Positions 50,346-60,016 of a DNA stretch of 64,000 nucleotides are shown here, in pieces. Made by a program: the position numbers and the translations under genes. The stretch covers positions 2,400,001-2,464,000 of the forward strand of contig OZ219753.1 in the NCBI GenBank assembly GCA_964291315.2, in the 5' to 3' direction. Below the pieces are notes generated by a model. The model was not told the DNA's origin. It saw only the letters and a program-made list of their open reading frames with translations, and did no database searches. This stretch comes from Candidatus Poribacteria bacterium (GTDB lineage: Bacteria; Poribacteria; WGA-4E; WGA-3G). The first letter of the stretch is position 1; each line of letters starts with the position of its first letter.

Positions 50346-50374
50346 TTGACTTCTTCTCTGAAATGTGATAAAAT
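50346..50374 (+). promoter_or_regulatory. Sigma70 promoter of cimA
   Basis: TTGACT-17-TAAAAT with a TG extension. Confidence 0.6.
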
Positions 50375-50501
50375 AGAGTGGTAATTTAGGAGGAGATGTG
50401 CGACGTATACCTATAAAAAGGAGGCACCGATTTTTGGCGTTGTAGGGCGAAATTGGGAGACCCATATTCAAAAGCACAAGCCAAACTTATAAAAAAACAC
50501 C

Positions 50502-52088
50502 ATGGTTGAATTTTACGATACAACACTCAGGGATGGCAGCCAAGCAGAAGGCGTAACGTTTTCTGTCGAAGATAAACTTATCATCATAGAAGCACTGGAT
50601 AAATTAGGCATCCGTTATATTGAGGGCGGCTATCCTGGTTCCAATCCAAAAGATATAGAATTTTTTAAACGCGCCAAAGGCATGGCATTAAAAACGGCAA
50701 AAATTGTGCCGTTCGGTAGCACTTACTATCCTACATATACCGCCGAGACCGACCCGAATTTGGCTGCGCTCTTGGATACCGGGGCAAGCACGATCACCAT
50801 ATTCGGAAAAAGTTGGCGACTCCATGCGACCGATGTTCTAAGGGTGACCGCAGAAAAGAACTTGGAATTGATCGAGCGCTCAGTCCACTACCTCGTGAAG
50901 AACGGGCGTGAGGTTATCTACGATGCGGAACACTTCTTTGATGGGTACGCCGACGATGATCAGTATGCCATAGAGACCCTGCACGCAGCCGCAGCTGGCG
51001 GGGCAAGTTGTCTTGTACTTTGTGATACTAACGGCGGTAGATTGCCGTTGGAAATTCAGGAAGCTGTCACAGTTGTCCATTCTGAATTAACATTGCCTGT
51101 GGGGATTCACATGCACAACGATGCCGGTATGGGTGCTGCCAACTCCGTCCTAGCTGTGCAAGCAGGCGCAACACACGTGCAAGGAACATTCAACGGCTAC
51201 GGGGAACGGTGTGGCAACGCTAATCTCGCCTCCATCATTCCTACTATTCAGCTTAAACTTGGAATAAAGTGTGTAAGCGAAACGCAACTTCAGGCAATAA
51301 CGGAAACCTCACGCCTCATCAGTGAACTCGCAAATCTACCTCACGATGAACGGCAGCCCTATGTCGGGCGCTCCGCATTCGCCCACAAAGGCGGCTTGCA
51401 TACAGATGCTATTCGCAAAAACCGCCTTACGTATGAACATATTGAACCCGAGAAGGTAGGAAATACGCAACGTATTCTTGTATCTGACCAAGCAGGACGC
51501 AGCACGATCATGAAGAAGATCGAGAAAGCGTACCCGAATTACGACAAGAATTCGATGCAAGTGCGAGAACTCTTCAAACGCCTCAAAGAAGCCGAGAACG
51601 AAGGCTACCAGTACGAAGCCGCCGAGGCATCCTTCGAACTTCTAACGCACAAAGTGTTTAACAGACACAACCCCTTTTTTGAACCCATCGGGTTTCGAGT
51701 AATTATCGAACAGTTCAGCGACTTTGCTATGCGTTCCGAAGCAACAGTAAAGGTCACAACCGCAGACGGTCTTACCGCACACACCGCTGCTGATGGTGAT
51801 GGCCCCGTCAACGCACTTGACACCGCACTCCGAAAAGCACTAGAACAGTTCTACCCCGCCTTGCAGACAGTCAGGTTGATAGATTACAAGGCACGAGTGC
51901 TGGATACTAAAGCAGGAACAGGGTCAAAAGTACGAGTCCTAATTGAAGCAAGTGATGGCGAACGGAGTTGGAGAACCGTTGGTGTTTCGGAAAATATCAT
52001 CTCCGCAAGTTGTGAAGCACTAATAGATAGCCTTGAGTATAAACTCCATACGGATAAAGGGACCTTCGTCTCAAAGCAGACCGAATAA
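50502..52088 (+). CDS. cimA: Citramalate synthase
   Basis: DTTLRDGSQAEG, GYPGSNPKD, DAEHFFDGY, AFAHKGGLH, GDGPVNALD. Confidence 0.93.
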   Translation: MVEFYDTTLRDGSQAEGVTFSVEDKLIIIEALDKLGIRYIEGGYPGSNPKDIEFFKRAKGMALKTAKIVPFGSTYYPTYTAETDPNLAALLDTGASTITIFGKSWRLHATDVLRVTAEKNLELIERSVHYLVKNGREVIYDAEHFFDGYADDDQYAIETLHAAAAGGASCLVLCDTNGGRLPLEIQEAVTVVHSELTLPVGIHMHNDAGMGAANSVLAVQAGATHVQGTFNGYGERCGNANLASIIPTIQLKLGIKCVSETQLQAITETSRLISELANLPHDERQPYVGRSAFAHKGGLHTDAIRKNRLTYEHIEPEKVGNTQRILVSDQAGRSTIMKKIEKAYPNYDKNSMQVRELFKRLKEAENEGYQYEAAEASFELLTHKVFNRHNPFFEPIGFRVIIEQFSDFAMRSEATVKVTTADGLTAHTAADGDGPVNALDTALRKALEQFYPALQTVRLIDYKARVLDTKAGTGSKVRVLIEASDGERSWRTVGVSENIISASCEALIDSLEYKLHTDKGTFVSKQTE

Positions 52089-52197
52089 ATAGGTAGGAAA
52101 ATCGCATTACAATCTCTTACAGCCTCATGCATACATAGGTAGGTAGATTTGGTGCTTTAAGCCTAAACTACCATACTTCGTATTTTGGAGAGAAAAG

Positions 52198-52785
52198 ATG
52201 GGACATTTGGAGACAATTGAGAAAGCAGCACAGAAGCTGATCGCCCTCTGCCAGAAGGGAAAGCAGACAAAGAGCGACAAAAAAAAGATGTTGGTCATAC
52301 ATGCAGATATTCTGACGAGCATCGAAAACCTTGCTGAATGTGATCTTTGTGGAGCGATCAGCGAATTGATTGTAACAATAACCTTAGCGGACACCACAGC
52401 GAAGTTGTGTAAGGAGTGTGCCATCAAATCACTTGAGGCAGGAAAGATTCAGCCTTCTAGGCAGAAAACACCTCGCGCGAGAACACGGCGCTCGAAAACG
52501 GAAACCACCACATCAGGAACCCAGAAATCCGAGAACAGTGCGGTTTCTGCCACGCGCGAAGCCCCCGCCAAAGAAACAGAGTCCCTCTCGGCGCTGCATG
52601 CCCGCGTAGAAGCCCATACCGGCATCAAGAAAGCCGATGTAAGACGTATCCATAAGATTATTCAGGGGATTGCTGCTCCAATGAGTCCTGAACATACGTT
52701 GAATTATGTGCAACGCGAAGCAGAAATAGCGAAGATAAAGGTAGACGCGGCTGCCTTGAAAAAGGCAGTCACGCTATTGAGTTAG
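52198..52785 (+). CDS. Hypothetical protein with a CxxC..CxxC Zn finger
   Basis: CDLC-18 aa-CKEC followed by a basic/Ser-Thr linker; GGAG SD. Confidence 0.7.
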   Translation: MGHLETIEKAAQKLIALCQKGKQTKSDKKKMLVIHADILTSIENLAECDLCGAISELIVTITLADTTAKLCKECAIKSLEAGKIQPSRQKTPRARTRRSKTETTTSGTQKSENSAVSATREAPAKETESLSALHARVEAHTGIKKADVRRIHKIIQGIAAPMSPEHTLNYVQREAEIAKIKVDAAALKKAVTLLS

Positions 52786-53753
52786 TCCGTTCGGATGTGC
52801 TTTGCCCATTCACGATTCGCTTGATACCACTCCACAAGGGCGGTGATGCCTTCCCGAAAAGTGACCTGGGGTCGCCACCCCAGCAGTTTCTCTGCTTTCC
52901 GGATGTCTGCCCACGTCGCGCGCGCATCTGCGGGGTGAAACGGCTGATGCAAGAGTACCGCCTCTTTGCCAACCAGTTCCTCTACCAGTCGAATTGTATC
53001 AATCAGCACAAGCGGACTATCGGACCCGAGGTTAATCACCTCATACTTGAGCGGTTTCAATCCGGCAATCACGCCTCTTGCAACATCATCAAGATAGGTG
53101 TAGTCTCGTGAGGATTCTTTGCCGTCCCCGTAGACGATAACAGGTTTCCCTTCACTAATCCAATGCACAAAGCGAAATGCACTCATATCCGGCCGGCCCG
53201 CGGGGCCATAGACTGTAAAAAAACGGAAGATCGTCATGTCAATGCCGTAGAGATGGTGATAACTATGGCAGATCGCTTCCGCCCCTTTTTTGGAGGCAGC
53301 ATAAGGGGACAAAGGACCATCTGTATTCGTCTCCTCATTGAACGGAAGCGGGTTGTCCGATCCATAGAGGCTCGATGTTGATGCCAAAACAAATTTTTTG
53401 ACATCAAACTGGTGGCACAACTCCAGCAAATTCAACGTGCCAGTTACGTTCGTGTCAATATATACCCACGGATCCTCGACAGAGTGTCGGACACCGGCGC
53501 GCGCAGCAAGGTTAATGACAGCATCATAAGGCGTGTTAAATATTTCCCGCAATGCGCCTCGGTCGCAGATATCTGCTTGGTGAAGGTGGAAACCTGGGTT
53601 TGGTTCAAGTTGACGGAGTCTCCAATATTTCACTTGCGGATCATACGCGGCGTTTAGAGTATCGATTCCAACCACAGAGTGTCCGGCTTTAAGCAAGAGC
53701 TCGCTTACTTTCCATCCAATAAATCCAGCGCACCCAGTAACGAGATATTTCAT
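52782..53753 (-). CDS. NAD-dependent nucleotide-sugar epimerase (UDP-glucuronate 4-epimerase-like)
   Basis: TGCAGFIG, LAARAGVR, SPYAASKK, RFFTVYGPAGRPDM. Confidence 0.9.
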   Translation of the reverse strand: MKYLVTGCAGFIGWKVSELLLKAGHSVVGIDTLNAAYDPQVKYWRLRQLEPNPGFHLHQADICDRGALREIFNTPYDAVINLAARAGVRHSVEDPWVYIDTNVTGTLNLLELCHQFDVKKFVLASTSSLYGSDNPLPFNEETNTDGPLSPYAASKKGAEAICHSYHHLYGIDMTIFRFFTVYGPAGRPDMSAFRFVHWISEGKPVIVYGDGKESSRDYTYLDDVARGVIAGLKPLKYEVINLGSDSPLVLIDTIRLVEELVGKEAVLLHQPFHPADARATWADIRKAEKLLGWRPQVTFREGITALVEWYQANREWAKHIRTD

Positions 53754-53755
53754 AT

Positions 53756-54316
53756 TTATTTCCTCTTCTCTTTATTCGTGTCTGACACTAAGAGTCTTTC
53801 CATCTCTTTTTTAAGTTGTGCGTAAATTTCGGGTTCGAAATTCGATTTTTGGTGGAACACAATTGTGCCTTCCTGTGAAATTAGGTAGAGTGTCGGTTTC
53901 TCCTTTTCCGTTTGATACCGCTTGTGTACAGTTCCCTTCCAATCTAGCAGAAATTCAACAGGGGGCGGGTTCTTTCTCAGCTGTCTCCTGATGAAACGTT
54001 TCGGTATGAATCCGGGGACGCTCCGCATATCGGCGATGATATAAGCGGTAACGCGTGCATTCCCCCCGTACGTCTTTTGGAACGCTTCTGCCCACTTGTC
54101 ATCCTCCTTCCGAATCTTGCGGTTACCCATAATGAGGAAAACAGCTTTGCCACGAAGTTTTTTTAAGGTGTGCTCTTTTTCTTCTACATCCTGAAGCGTC
54201 CAACCCGGGGCAGTATCGCCTACTTTTAGCGGGGCTGCTTCGGTTTTATCGTCAGCGGAACTCATAAACGTTCCAAAAATGGCAGCAATGATAACAACAG
54301 CAATGAGCCGTTTCAT
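53756..54316 (-). CDS. Exported AhpC/TSA (redoxin-fold) protein lacking cysteine
   Basis: Signal peptide; LKVGDTAPGWTLQD, LRGKAV, PTLYLISQEGTI. No Cys in the protein. Confidence 0.7.
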   Translation of the reverse strand: MKRLIAVVIIAAIFGTFMSSADDKTEAAPLKVGDTAPGWTLQDVEEKEHTLKKLRGKAVFLIMGNRKIRKEDDKWAEAFQKTYGGNARVTAYIIADMRSVPGFIPKRFIRRQLRKNPPPVEFLLDWKGTVHKRYQTEKEKPTLYLISQEGTIVFHQKSNFEPEIYAQLKKEMERLLVSDTNKEKRK

Positions 54317-54525
54317 AGCAATTATACTTCCTTGTGTTTCTTATAGCTATTCTAACATGCCACCGCCCAATTGTCAAGTTGACTTTGTACTGCAGAAAGA
54401 TGAAGTGGGCAAGGACGTATCCCGGGACATTTCGCTTTTTAGCGGCAGCAATCAAGCGTCGGCAGAATTTGTGGTATTTTGTGCCTACCGAAACAAAAAA
54501 AGACAAGCAGGGACTGTGGTTAAAA

Positions 54526-54561
54526 ACGTTGGGGGTGAAACATACGTTCCACCCCCAACGT
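54526..54561 (-). terminator. Intrinsic terminator after the lamin-tail gene
   Basis: ACGTTGGGGGTG..CACCCCCAACGT, followed by a T run on the minus strand. Confidence 0.75.
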
Positions 54562-54613
54562 CTTATGAGTTGATTTGTAAGGTTAGCTTGTCTATTTCTA
54601 ACCGCTGTGTCTG

Positions 54614-57352
54614 CTATTGGTCAGACGATTTCAGATCTCCCCAACGCGTCGTGAGCTTACCCCTCGCAGAGACATCCCCACGCAGATGCGTCGTCCGTAA
54701 CGTCGTCCGCACCCCGTCCATAGAGACATCCTCTATCTGGTAGTAATACACCACATTCGGCTTCGCAGTCGTATCTGTGTAGCGATACACTTGCCTCTCA
54801 GAGGTCGTGCCGTGTCCCGCAATCAGACCCTTCGTGTTGATAACCGCAAACTCGCCGGTCTTACTCTCACTGCGTAGGATATTGAACCCCGCATTGTTAA
54901 GTTCGGACTGAGTTATCCAGCTAATCTCAACGTGGCCCGTTACGGCATCGCGCACAGGCCGGAAGCTGGAGAGCGAAACCGGGAGCGGACTACCCAGACG
55001 ATAGCCGGGCGTGCCGACATCGTTGCGATGCCCGTAGAACGTCAGCGAAGCACCTGCCAGATCAGACTGCCGCCAAGAGGCTGCCATCAGCCCATCATCC
55101 GCATCATACGGTCCAGAACCCTCTGACATGTCGTTGAACACACCCCCATAGGTCCGCACAATAGAGGTCCGCATCTCACCGCGTTCAGGCAAGTCCCACG
55201 CATGGGTCCGCATAGCACCATTTACCTCAACGTTGCCAGCCTCGTCCATAACCTCCATTTGATTCCGGGTGCCAGTCGGCGCACTCAGCTTCAAATAGAA
55301 GCCCTCCGCACTCAGCAACCGACGCCCGCGCGTCGCCAACCCGAGATCGCTACGGTGGGTTTCTTCTAGATTATACACGTAGTTCTCTGGCACATCGTTC
55401 GCACCGCTGCTCGAGACCAGCAACAACGTCTGATTCGGTGGAATATAGGTACCCGCATCAAACTTGAACTCCGCATCTACATACGACTCTACCTGTGTGT
55501 TCTCGTTACGGATCTCAAACTTCCAATTCTCAAGGTTCACCGTATCGGTCCTAGAGCTGTTGTAGAGCTCTATCCACTGCACCAAGTTCCAGCGCGGCCC
55601 CGCGTCATACATAATCTCGCTGATCGTCACTGTCCCCTTGAAGGTGTAGTTTCCCTCGGAGACCTTATTCACTGCCATGTTCGGATACCCCGGCGTGCCA
55701 GGGGAATCCATGGGGTCAACAGTTTTATCGCGCCCGCGATCGTAGCCAGTGCCCATGAAACCGAATGACTGCCAGTCGTTTTTGTGAACGCGGTTCACAT
55801 TCGACTTCGCGCCGTACATGCCCTGTGAATTGATCTCGACACCCCGACCGAACGACATGCTCCGAGAAGAGAAAGTGTTCATACCACCGAAATCGTTATC
55901 ATCAACGTCTCCCGGCTTCGTCCAACCTACGAACGGCCAGACATCCGTGTTGAACTTCCTATCTTCCATCCGCCCAAAGAACCCATTGCCGGCATAGTCT
56001 TTGATATTTGTCGCCTTGCCGACATCATCAGCGCTATTCCGCGTGCGCAGCAAGATCAGGAACTTCCCTTCAGCCGGAAGTTTTAAATCTGTGGAGACCA
56101 CATACTTGTGCATGGTCCCTTTTTTGATGTCGGTTTCGTCCAAGAGATCCTGAAGATTGACACCATCCGCGAGCGGAACCGTGCGCCCCGGGTCTCGGTT
56201 ATAGACAACAAGATACTCGCCCGGCATCATCTCGTATTCAGGCAGCACCGCAAGGCTCGTGTCTGTAAAGTTCGCATCACCCGACTCGTGATAGCCGCTA
56301 CCGTCGTCCTTCATCTTCCCCATCACCAAGCTCAGCTCATAGTCCTTTATGTTCACCGGAGGATCCGATGCATTCTCACTGTTATAGAAGAGCTCTATCC
56401 AATCGAAGTTCAGACTTGAAGGATCGTTGCGCACCTCGTTGATGATGATGTTCGGAAGCTCTGTAAAATCGGGTTGCCTAGCAAACATCGTTACCGTTGG
56501 ACCGCCCGGGGGAACGTGAACGCTCCCTGGGGAACCTGTGTAAAAACTCCAGAGATTAATCCGACCGGTAGAAGCCTCCCAAGAACTTGCCTCGGCCCCG
56601 GAACCCAACCCCTTCAGTTTTCCGTTTTCGAATTGATACCCCGTACCCGTGCTATCCAGCTCGATCTTCCGATACATAGAGACCATATTCTCGGGAAGAG
56701 CACCGGTATTCGAGTTCCCATCGGTATTGCCATTGGTACCTTTCAGCGCCCAAAGACGGCCAAAACGGTCAACCGTTGTTACACGATCCAAAACGACATA
56801 CTTGCGTTCAGGAGTGTTTGCATCATTGTCATGATCACGCATATACGTCTCACCCGGAGCAGGTAAAAGCACATGATGTTGCCGCATAGCGATTACATCG
56901 TCTTTTTTCAGACCACTGTGGCAGTAGAGTTCAAGCCATTGGGCATCTTTTCTGTAAGGAGAATCCGTCCCCCACATTACCTCGGTGAAGACGATGTAGT
57001 GCTTGTACGCCCTCAGCTGCTCATCTGTCATATCAGCCTTCAAGGTATACTCACTATCAGCCGTTCCAATTTCAGCTGCCGTTGGCACTTGCATTGCAAC
57101 GACATACGCACCACCTGCCATTAAGTTCTCATGTACATCCCACAAGGCAGCCCCCTGGTTAACCCCGGTTGCGGTCGCCTGGATCCCATTCTTAGTCCAG
57201 TCGGCAGTAGCAGCCCAAACAACAAACTGTTTGGGCTTCAGGAATCCTTTTGTGGTGGAGTCAATCACGGTAAGATTTGCTGGAGCCCAGGTTGTCGCGA
57301 ACACAAACATAAGCCCCAAGACTATAAAAAATCTCATTCTACTACATAACAT
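54614..57352 (-). CDS. Secreted lamin-tail-domain (LTD) repeat protein with a conserved C-terminal sorting-like tail
   Basis: Three LTD-like starts (IVFTEVMW..QWLELY; IIINEV..DWIELF; VTISEIMY..QWIELYN), each closed by GSPG/GTPG; tail PVSLSSFRP..SELNNAGFNILR..KLTTRWGDLKS. Confidence 0.85.
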   Translation of the reverse strand: MLCSRMRFFIVLGLMFVFATTWAPANLTVIDSTTKGFLKPKQFVVWAATADWTKNGIQATATGVNQGAALWDVHENLMAGGAYVVAMQVPTAAEIGTADSEYTLKADMTDEQLRAYKHYIVFTEVMWGTDSPYRKDAQWLELYCHSGLKKDDVIAMRQHHVLLPAPGETYMRDHDNDANTPERKYVVLDRVTTVDRFGRLWALKGTNGNTDGNSNTGALPENMVSMYRKIELDSTGTGYQFENGKLKGLGSGAEASSWEASTGRINLWSFYTGSPGSVHVPPGGPTVTMFARQPDFTELPNIIINEVRNDPSSLNFDWIELFYNSENASDPPVNIKDYELSLVMGKMKDDGSGYHESGDANFTDTSLAVLPEYEMMPGEYLVVYNRDPGRTVPLADGVNLQDLLDETDIKKGTMHKYVVSTDLKLPAEGKFLILLRTRNSADDVGKATNIKDYAGNGFFGRMEDRKFNTDVWPFVGWTKPGDVDDNDFGGMNTFSSRSMSFGRGVEINSQGMYGAKSNVNRVHKNDWQSFGFMGTGYDRGRDKTVDPMDSPGTPGYPNMAVNKVSEGNYTFKGTVTISEIMYDAGPRWNLVQWIELYNSSRTDTVNLENWKFEIRNENTQVESYVDAEFKFDAGTYIPPNQTLLLVSSSGANDVPENYVYNLEETHRSDLGLATRGRRLLSAEGFYLKLSAPTGTRNQMEVMDEAGNVEVNGAMRTHAWDLPERGEMRTSIVRTYGGVFNDMSEGSGPYDADDGLMAASWRQSDLAGASLTFYGHRNDVGTPGYRLGSPLPVSLSSFRPVRDAVTGHVEISWITQSELNNAGFNILRSESKTGEFAVINTKGLIAGHGTTSERQVYRYTDTTAKPNVVYYYQIEDVSMDGVRTTLRTTHLRGDVSARGKLTTRWGDLKSSDQ

Positions 57353-57615
57353 GACCTTTATTCTCCTTTCTTATTCATACATTAAATATAGACAAGAAGA
57401 GAGAGGGAACAGAGATTACAGCTCCATTCTCTCCTAGCTACAAACTTATGCCGAGGATCCCCCTCAGCTCTCGATATTAAGTGTTAAATGACATAGCAAA
57501 CCTCTCTAATACGATATAATACTATAACGCAAAAAGCCACCAAAGAATAACAACATCTATTGTTAGAGGCGTGAATTTCATTCTTGCTATATTCCACAGA
57601 CAATGTGCTTATATT

Positions 57616-57795
57616 TTAGGGTAAATGGAACAAATTGCTTACCATACGTGAAGTTAAGGGGGGGGGTGAAACGACTAAAATTAACCCAACAGCAGGGCTT
57701 AGGCGATAGGATAAGCAACCAACGTGGAGAGCTTTGCCAAGCCCCTCTAACTTTCTGATTCTAATGCGAGTGTCCAAATGTTCCAGGTGGCTCAC
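57616..57795 (-). other. Putative leader ORF (59 aa, ...LILVVSPPPLTSRM...) crossing the C9 tract
   Basis: GTG at 57795, stop at 57618-57616; no clear SD. Confidence 0.3.
57658..57666 (-). repeat. Poly-C tract (C9 on the minus strand), leader locus 4
   Basis: G9 followed by TGAAACGACTAAAA, similar to the locus 2 flank TGAATCGCTAAAA. Confidence 0.95.
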
Positions 57796-57871
57796 AGATT
57801 ACAGATGACGCGCCTAACAGATCACTGGCGAATTATCTCCTTCCATATTTCCTATTACATCATATGTAGTA

Positions 57872-57900
57872 ATTATATCTTAAACCGCGCATCATGTCAA
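57872..57900 (-). promoter_or_regulatory. Consensus sigma70 promoter of leader locus 4
   Basis: TTGACA-tgatgcgcggtttaaga-TATAAT (17 nt spacer). Confidence 0.8.
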
Positions 57901-57976
57901 GTTTTTTTTTCATCAGATAGCGCGGATACCCTTTTGACTATCTGCTCCTTAAATTTCAGCCAGAGAATACGCAAAC

Positions 57977-58056
57977 GCGCTTCTCTGCCGGGGGTTGTTT
58001 TCTCTGATATGTGAGAAAAAAAAATTCGTCTATTTTTCAGAAGAGTGATACAATAT
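57977..58056 (+). repeat. Partial third copy (C) of the promoter-bearing dispersed repeat
   Basis: TTCTCTGATATGTGAGAAAAAAAAATTCGTCTATTTTTCAGAAGAGTGATACAATA versus copy A TTCTCTAACATGTGAGAAAAAAGTCGTCTATTTTGCAGAAGAGTGATACAATA. Confidence 0.8.
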
Positions 58057-58259
58057 ATATCGGCGAAGAATGTAATAACCTTGTTAAACCAAACGAGGTT
58101 CTCAAAAAAAACGGTCAATTATTTCTCAAACTCGCGTTATTCTATTGTAGTGTCCTTTAATTTTCGTGTAGTTCTTGTGGCTTGTCTATTTTCTCTGATT
58201 TCCGACGGTTTCGCTATGGAAGAAGTCAGAATATTGTTTTTAACTTATACCCACAACAT

Positions 58260-58961
58260 ATGAACGCTGAACGCACCATTTCTTCACTGTTGACGCAGAT
58301 TCGTAGAGAGATTCTCCCGTATATTGCTAACGTATCGAGGCTGCAAACAATAGGTGGTTTGCAAGACTTTCGGAGCCACCTTCACAGCCTCCACTACTCC
58401 TGTATCCGTGTGCAAATTCCGGATGGAGTCCGCAATCGTGTAGAGAGCCTCCTTTCAACAAGCGCAGATTTCTGGCATCTTATTGCTGAAAATGAGTTGA
58501 TGTTGAAAAATTTGAAAGAGTACACGCGCGTGCGAACCTTTTCTGCGGAAGCAGAGGGGATTACCAACATAGAAGAACTCCTCTCCGGTGAAGATAATTT
58601 CCGTGATGTACTTATCAATAGTGTTGCATTTATGCTCAAGTGGAAAGCGAATACGATCTGGGTGGATTCTGCAAAGCGGGCGCGCACCGCGATGGCAAAA
58701 AATTATATGCTTGAAATCCAAGATCGTATCTGGCAGTTCATTAAAGAGAACGCACCGGAAACAGCAGAGAATGACCTAGAGAAAGCAGCACAAGTGCGTG
58801 AACAGGTAGACAATCTACTAGCGGTGATTCGTGACAGCGATTTTCCAGCCGAAGCACAAGTCACGCTCCTAATGAATATCTATACACTGCTATTGAGATT
58901 GCAACTCGGACAACTCATTATTCAATTAGAGACGCTTCAGGAGAACACAGCAGCGCCATGA
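58260..58961 (+). CDS. Hypothetical all-helical protein
   Basis: Long ORF, likely start MNAERT; no recognisable motif. Confidence 0.7.
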   Translation: MNAERTISSLLTQIRREILPYIANVSRLQTIGGLQDFRSHLHSLHYSCIRVQIPDGVRNRVESLLSTSADFWHLIAENELMLKNLKEYTRVRTFSAEAEGITNIEELLSGEDNFRDVLINSVAFMLKWKANTIWVDSAKRARTAMAKNYMLEIQDRIWQFIKENAPETAENDLEKAAQVREQVDNLLAVIRDSDFPAEAQVTLLMNIYTLLLRLQLGQLIIQLETLQENTAAP

Positions 58962-59000
58962 AAATAAGACTTTCCCTGCTTTGCAATAGCTTTTCATGCC

Positions 59001-59150
59001 GTGGCGGAGGCATTAGAGGAACATGCATGTCAGCCAGAGAAAAACTACACCCGTGCCCTGCAATCGTATAAACTTTATCTGACCCATTTCACAAGGGCAG
59101 AACGCTATTCAGATGTCCAAAAACATGTGACGGAATTGAAAACAGAATGA
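59001..59150 (+). pseudogene. Possible TPR-protein C-terminal remnant (49 aa)
   Basis: EKNYTRALQSYKLYLTHF..AERYSDVQKHVTELK resembles a terminal TPR helix pair; no SD. Confidence 0.3.
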
Positions 59151-59172
59151 AAAAAAAATAAAGGAGCCCGAT

Positions 59173-59964
59173 ATGGAAAAAAAGTTGTTTGAGGAATTGG
59201 TTGATGTTATAGCCACTCTAAGGAGCGAGAACGGGTGTCCCTGGGATCGGGAACAGACACATGAGTCGCTGAAGTCTACACTCATCGAGGAAACCTATGA
59301 AACGCTTGAAGCAATTGATACCGCGGACCCCAACAAACTGAAGGAAGAATTGGGAGACCTTCTCCTGAATATTATGCTCCAGGCACAGATTGCAGCTGAA
59401 CACAAAAATTTCGACATCTACGCTGTGATTGAAGCATTGACAGATAAACTCATTCGCCGTCATCCGCACGTCTTTGGCGATATCAATGTCGAAAATTCAG
59501 AAGAGGTTGTGAAAAACTGGGAATCAATCAAACGCCAAGAACCGGGCTATTCAGATCGGGAATCGTTGCTTGACGGAATTCCAAATGCGATGCCTACACT
59601 GCTCCGAGCACAGAAGATACAGAGTCGAGCAGCCCGCGTCGGTTTTGATTGGGAAGAGCTCACCGATGTCATCGCCAAAGTCGAAGAAGAGCTTGAAGAG
59701 GTCAAAACCGGTATCAGGGCAGATAATTCTGAAGCAGTTGCAATAGAACTCGGTGATCTGTTATTCGCTATTGTTAATCTGTGTCGCTTTATGGAACTTC
59801 AGGCTGAAGAGACATTACGGAAGGCAAACCGGAAGTTTATAGCGCGCTTCAAGTGGATGGAATCAGAATTAGAGAACCGCGGAACAAACTTTGAAGCACA
59901 AGACTTAAAAAGTTTAAACGCAATCTGGGAACAAGCAAAGAAAGCGGAAACCGATCCGAATTAA
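59173..59964 (+). CDS. mazG: Nucleoside triphosphate pyrophosphohydrolase
   Basis: GCPWDREQT, EELGDLL, KLIRRHPHVF, GFDW, ELGDLLF. Confidence 0.97.
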   Translation: MEKKLFEELVDVIATLRSENGCPWDREQTHESLKSTLIEETYETLEAIDTADPNKLKEELGDLLLNIMLQAQIAAEHKNFDIYAVIEALTDKLIRRHPHVFGDINVENSEEVVKNWESIKRQEPGYSDRESLLDGIPNAMPTLLRAQKIQSRAARVGFDWEELTDVIAKVEEELEEVKTGIRADNSEAVAIELGDLLFAIVNLCRFMELQAEETLRKANRKFIARFKWMESELENRGTNFEAQDLKSLNAIWEQAKKAETDPN

Positions 59965-60016
59965 TTCCGTGGATATCAGATAAATCTTTGACATAACGAA
60001 AAGGACACCTGAACAA

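Noticed and set aside
50235-50477. 81-aa N-terminal extension of dacB in the ORF track
   Set aside because: It overlaps the cimA promoter region, and the lipoprotein signal begins at MKTDT/MVLFC.
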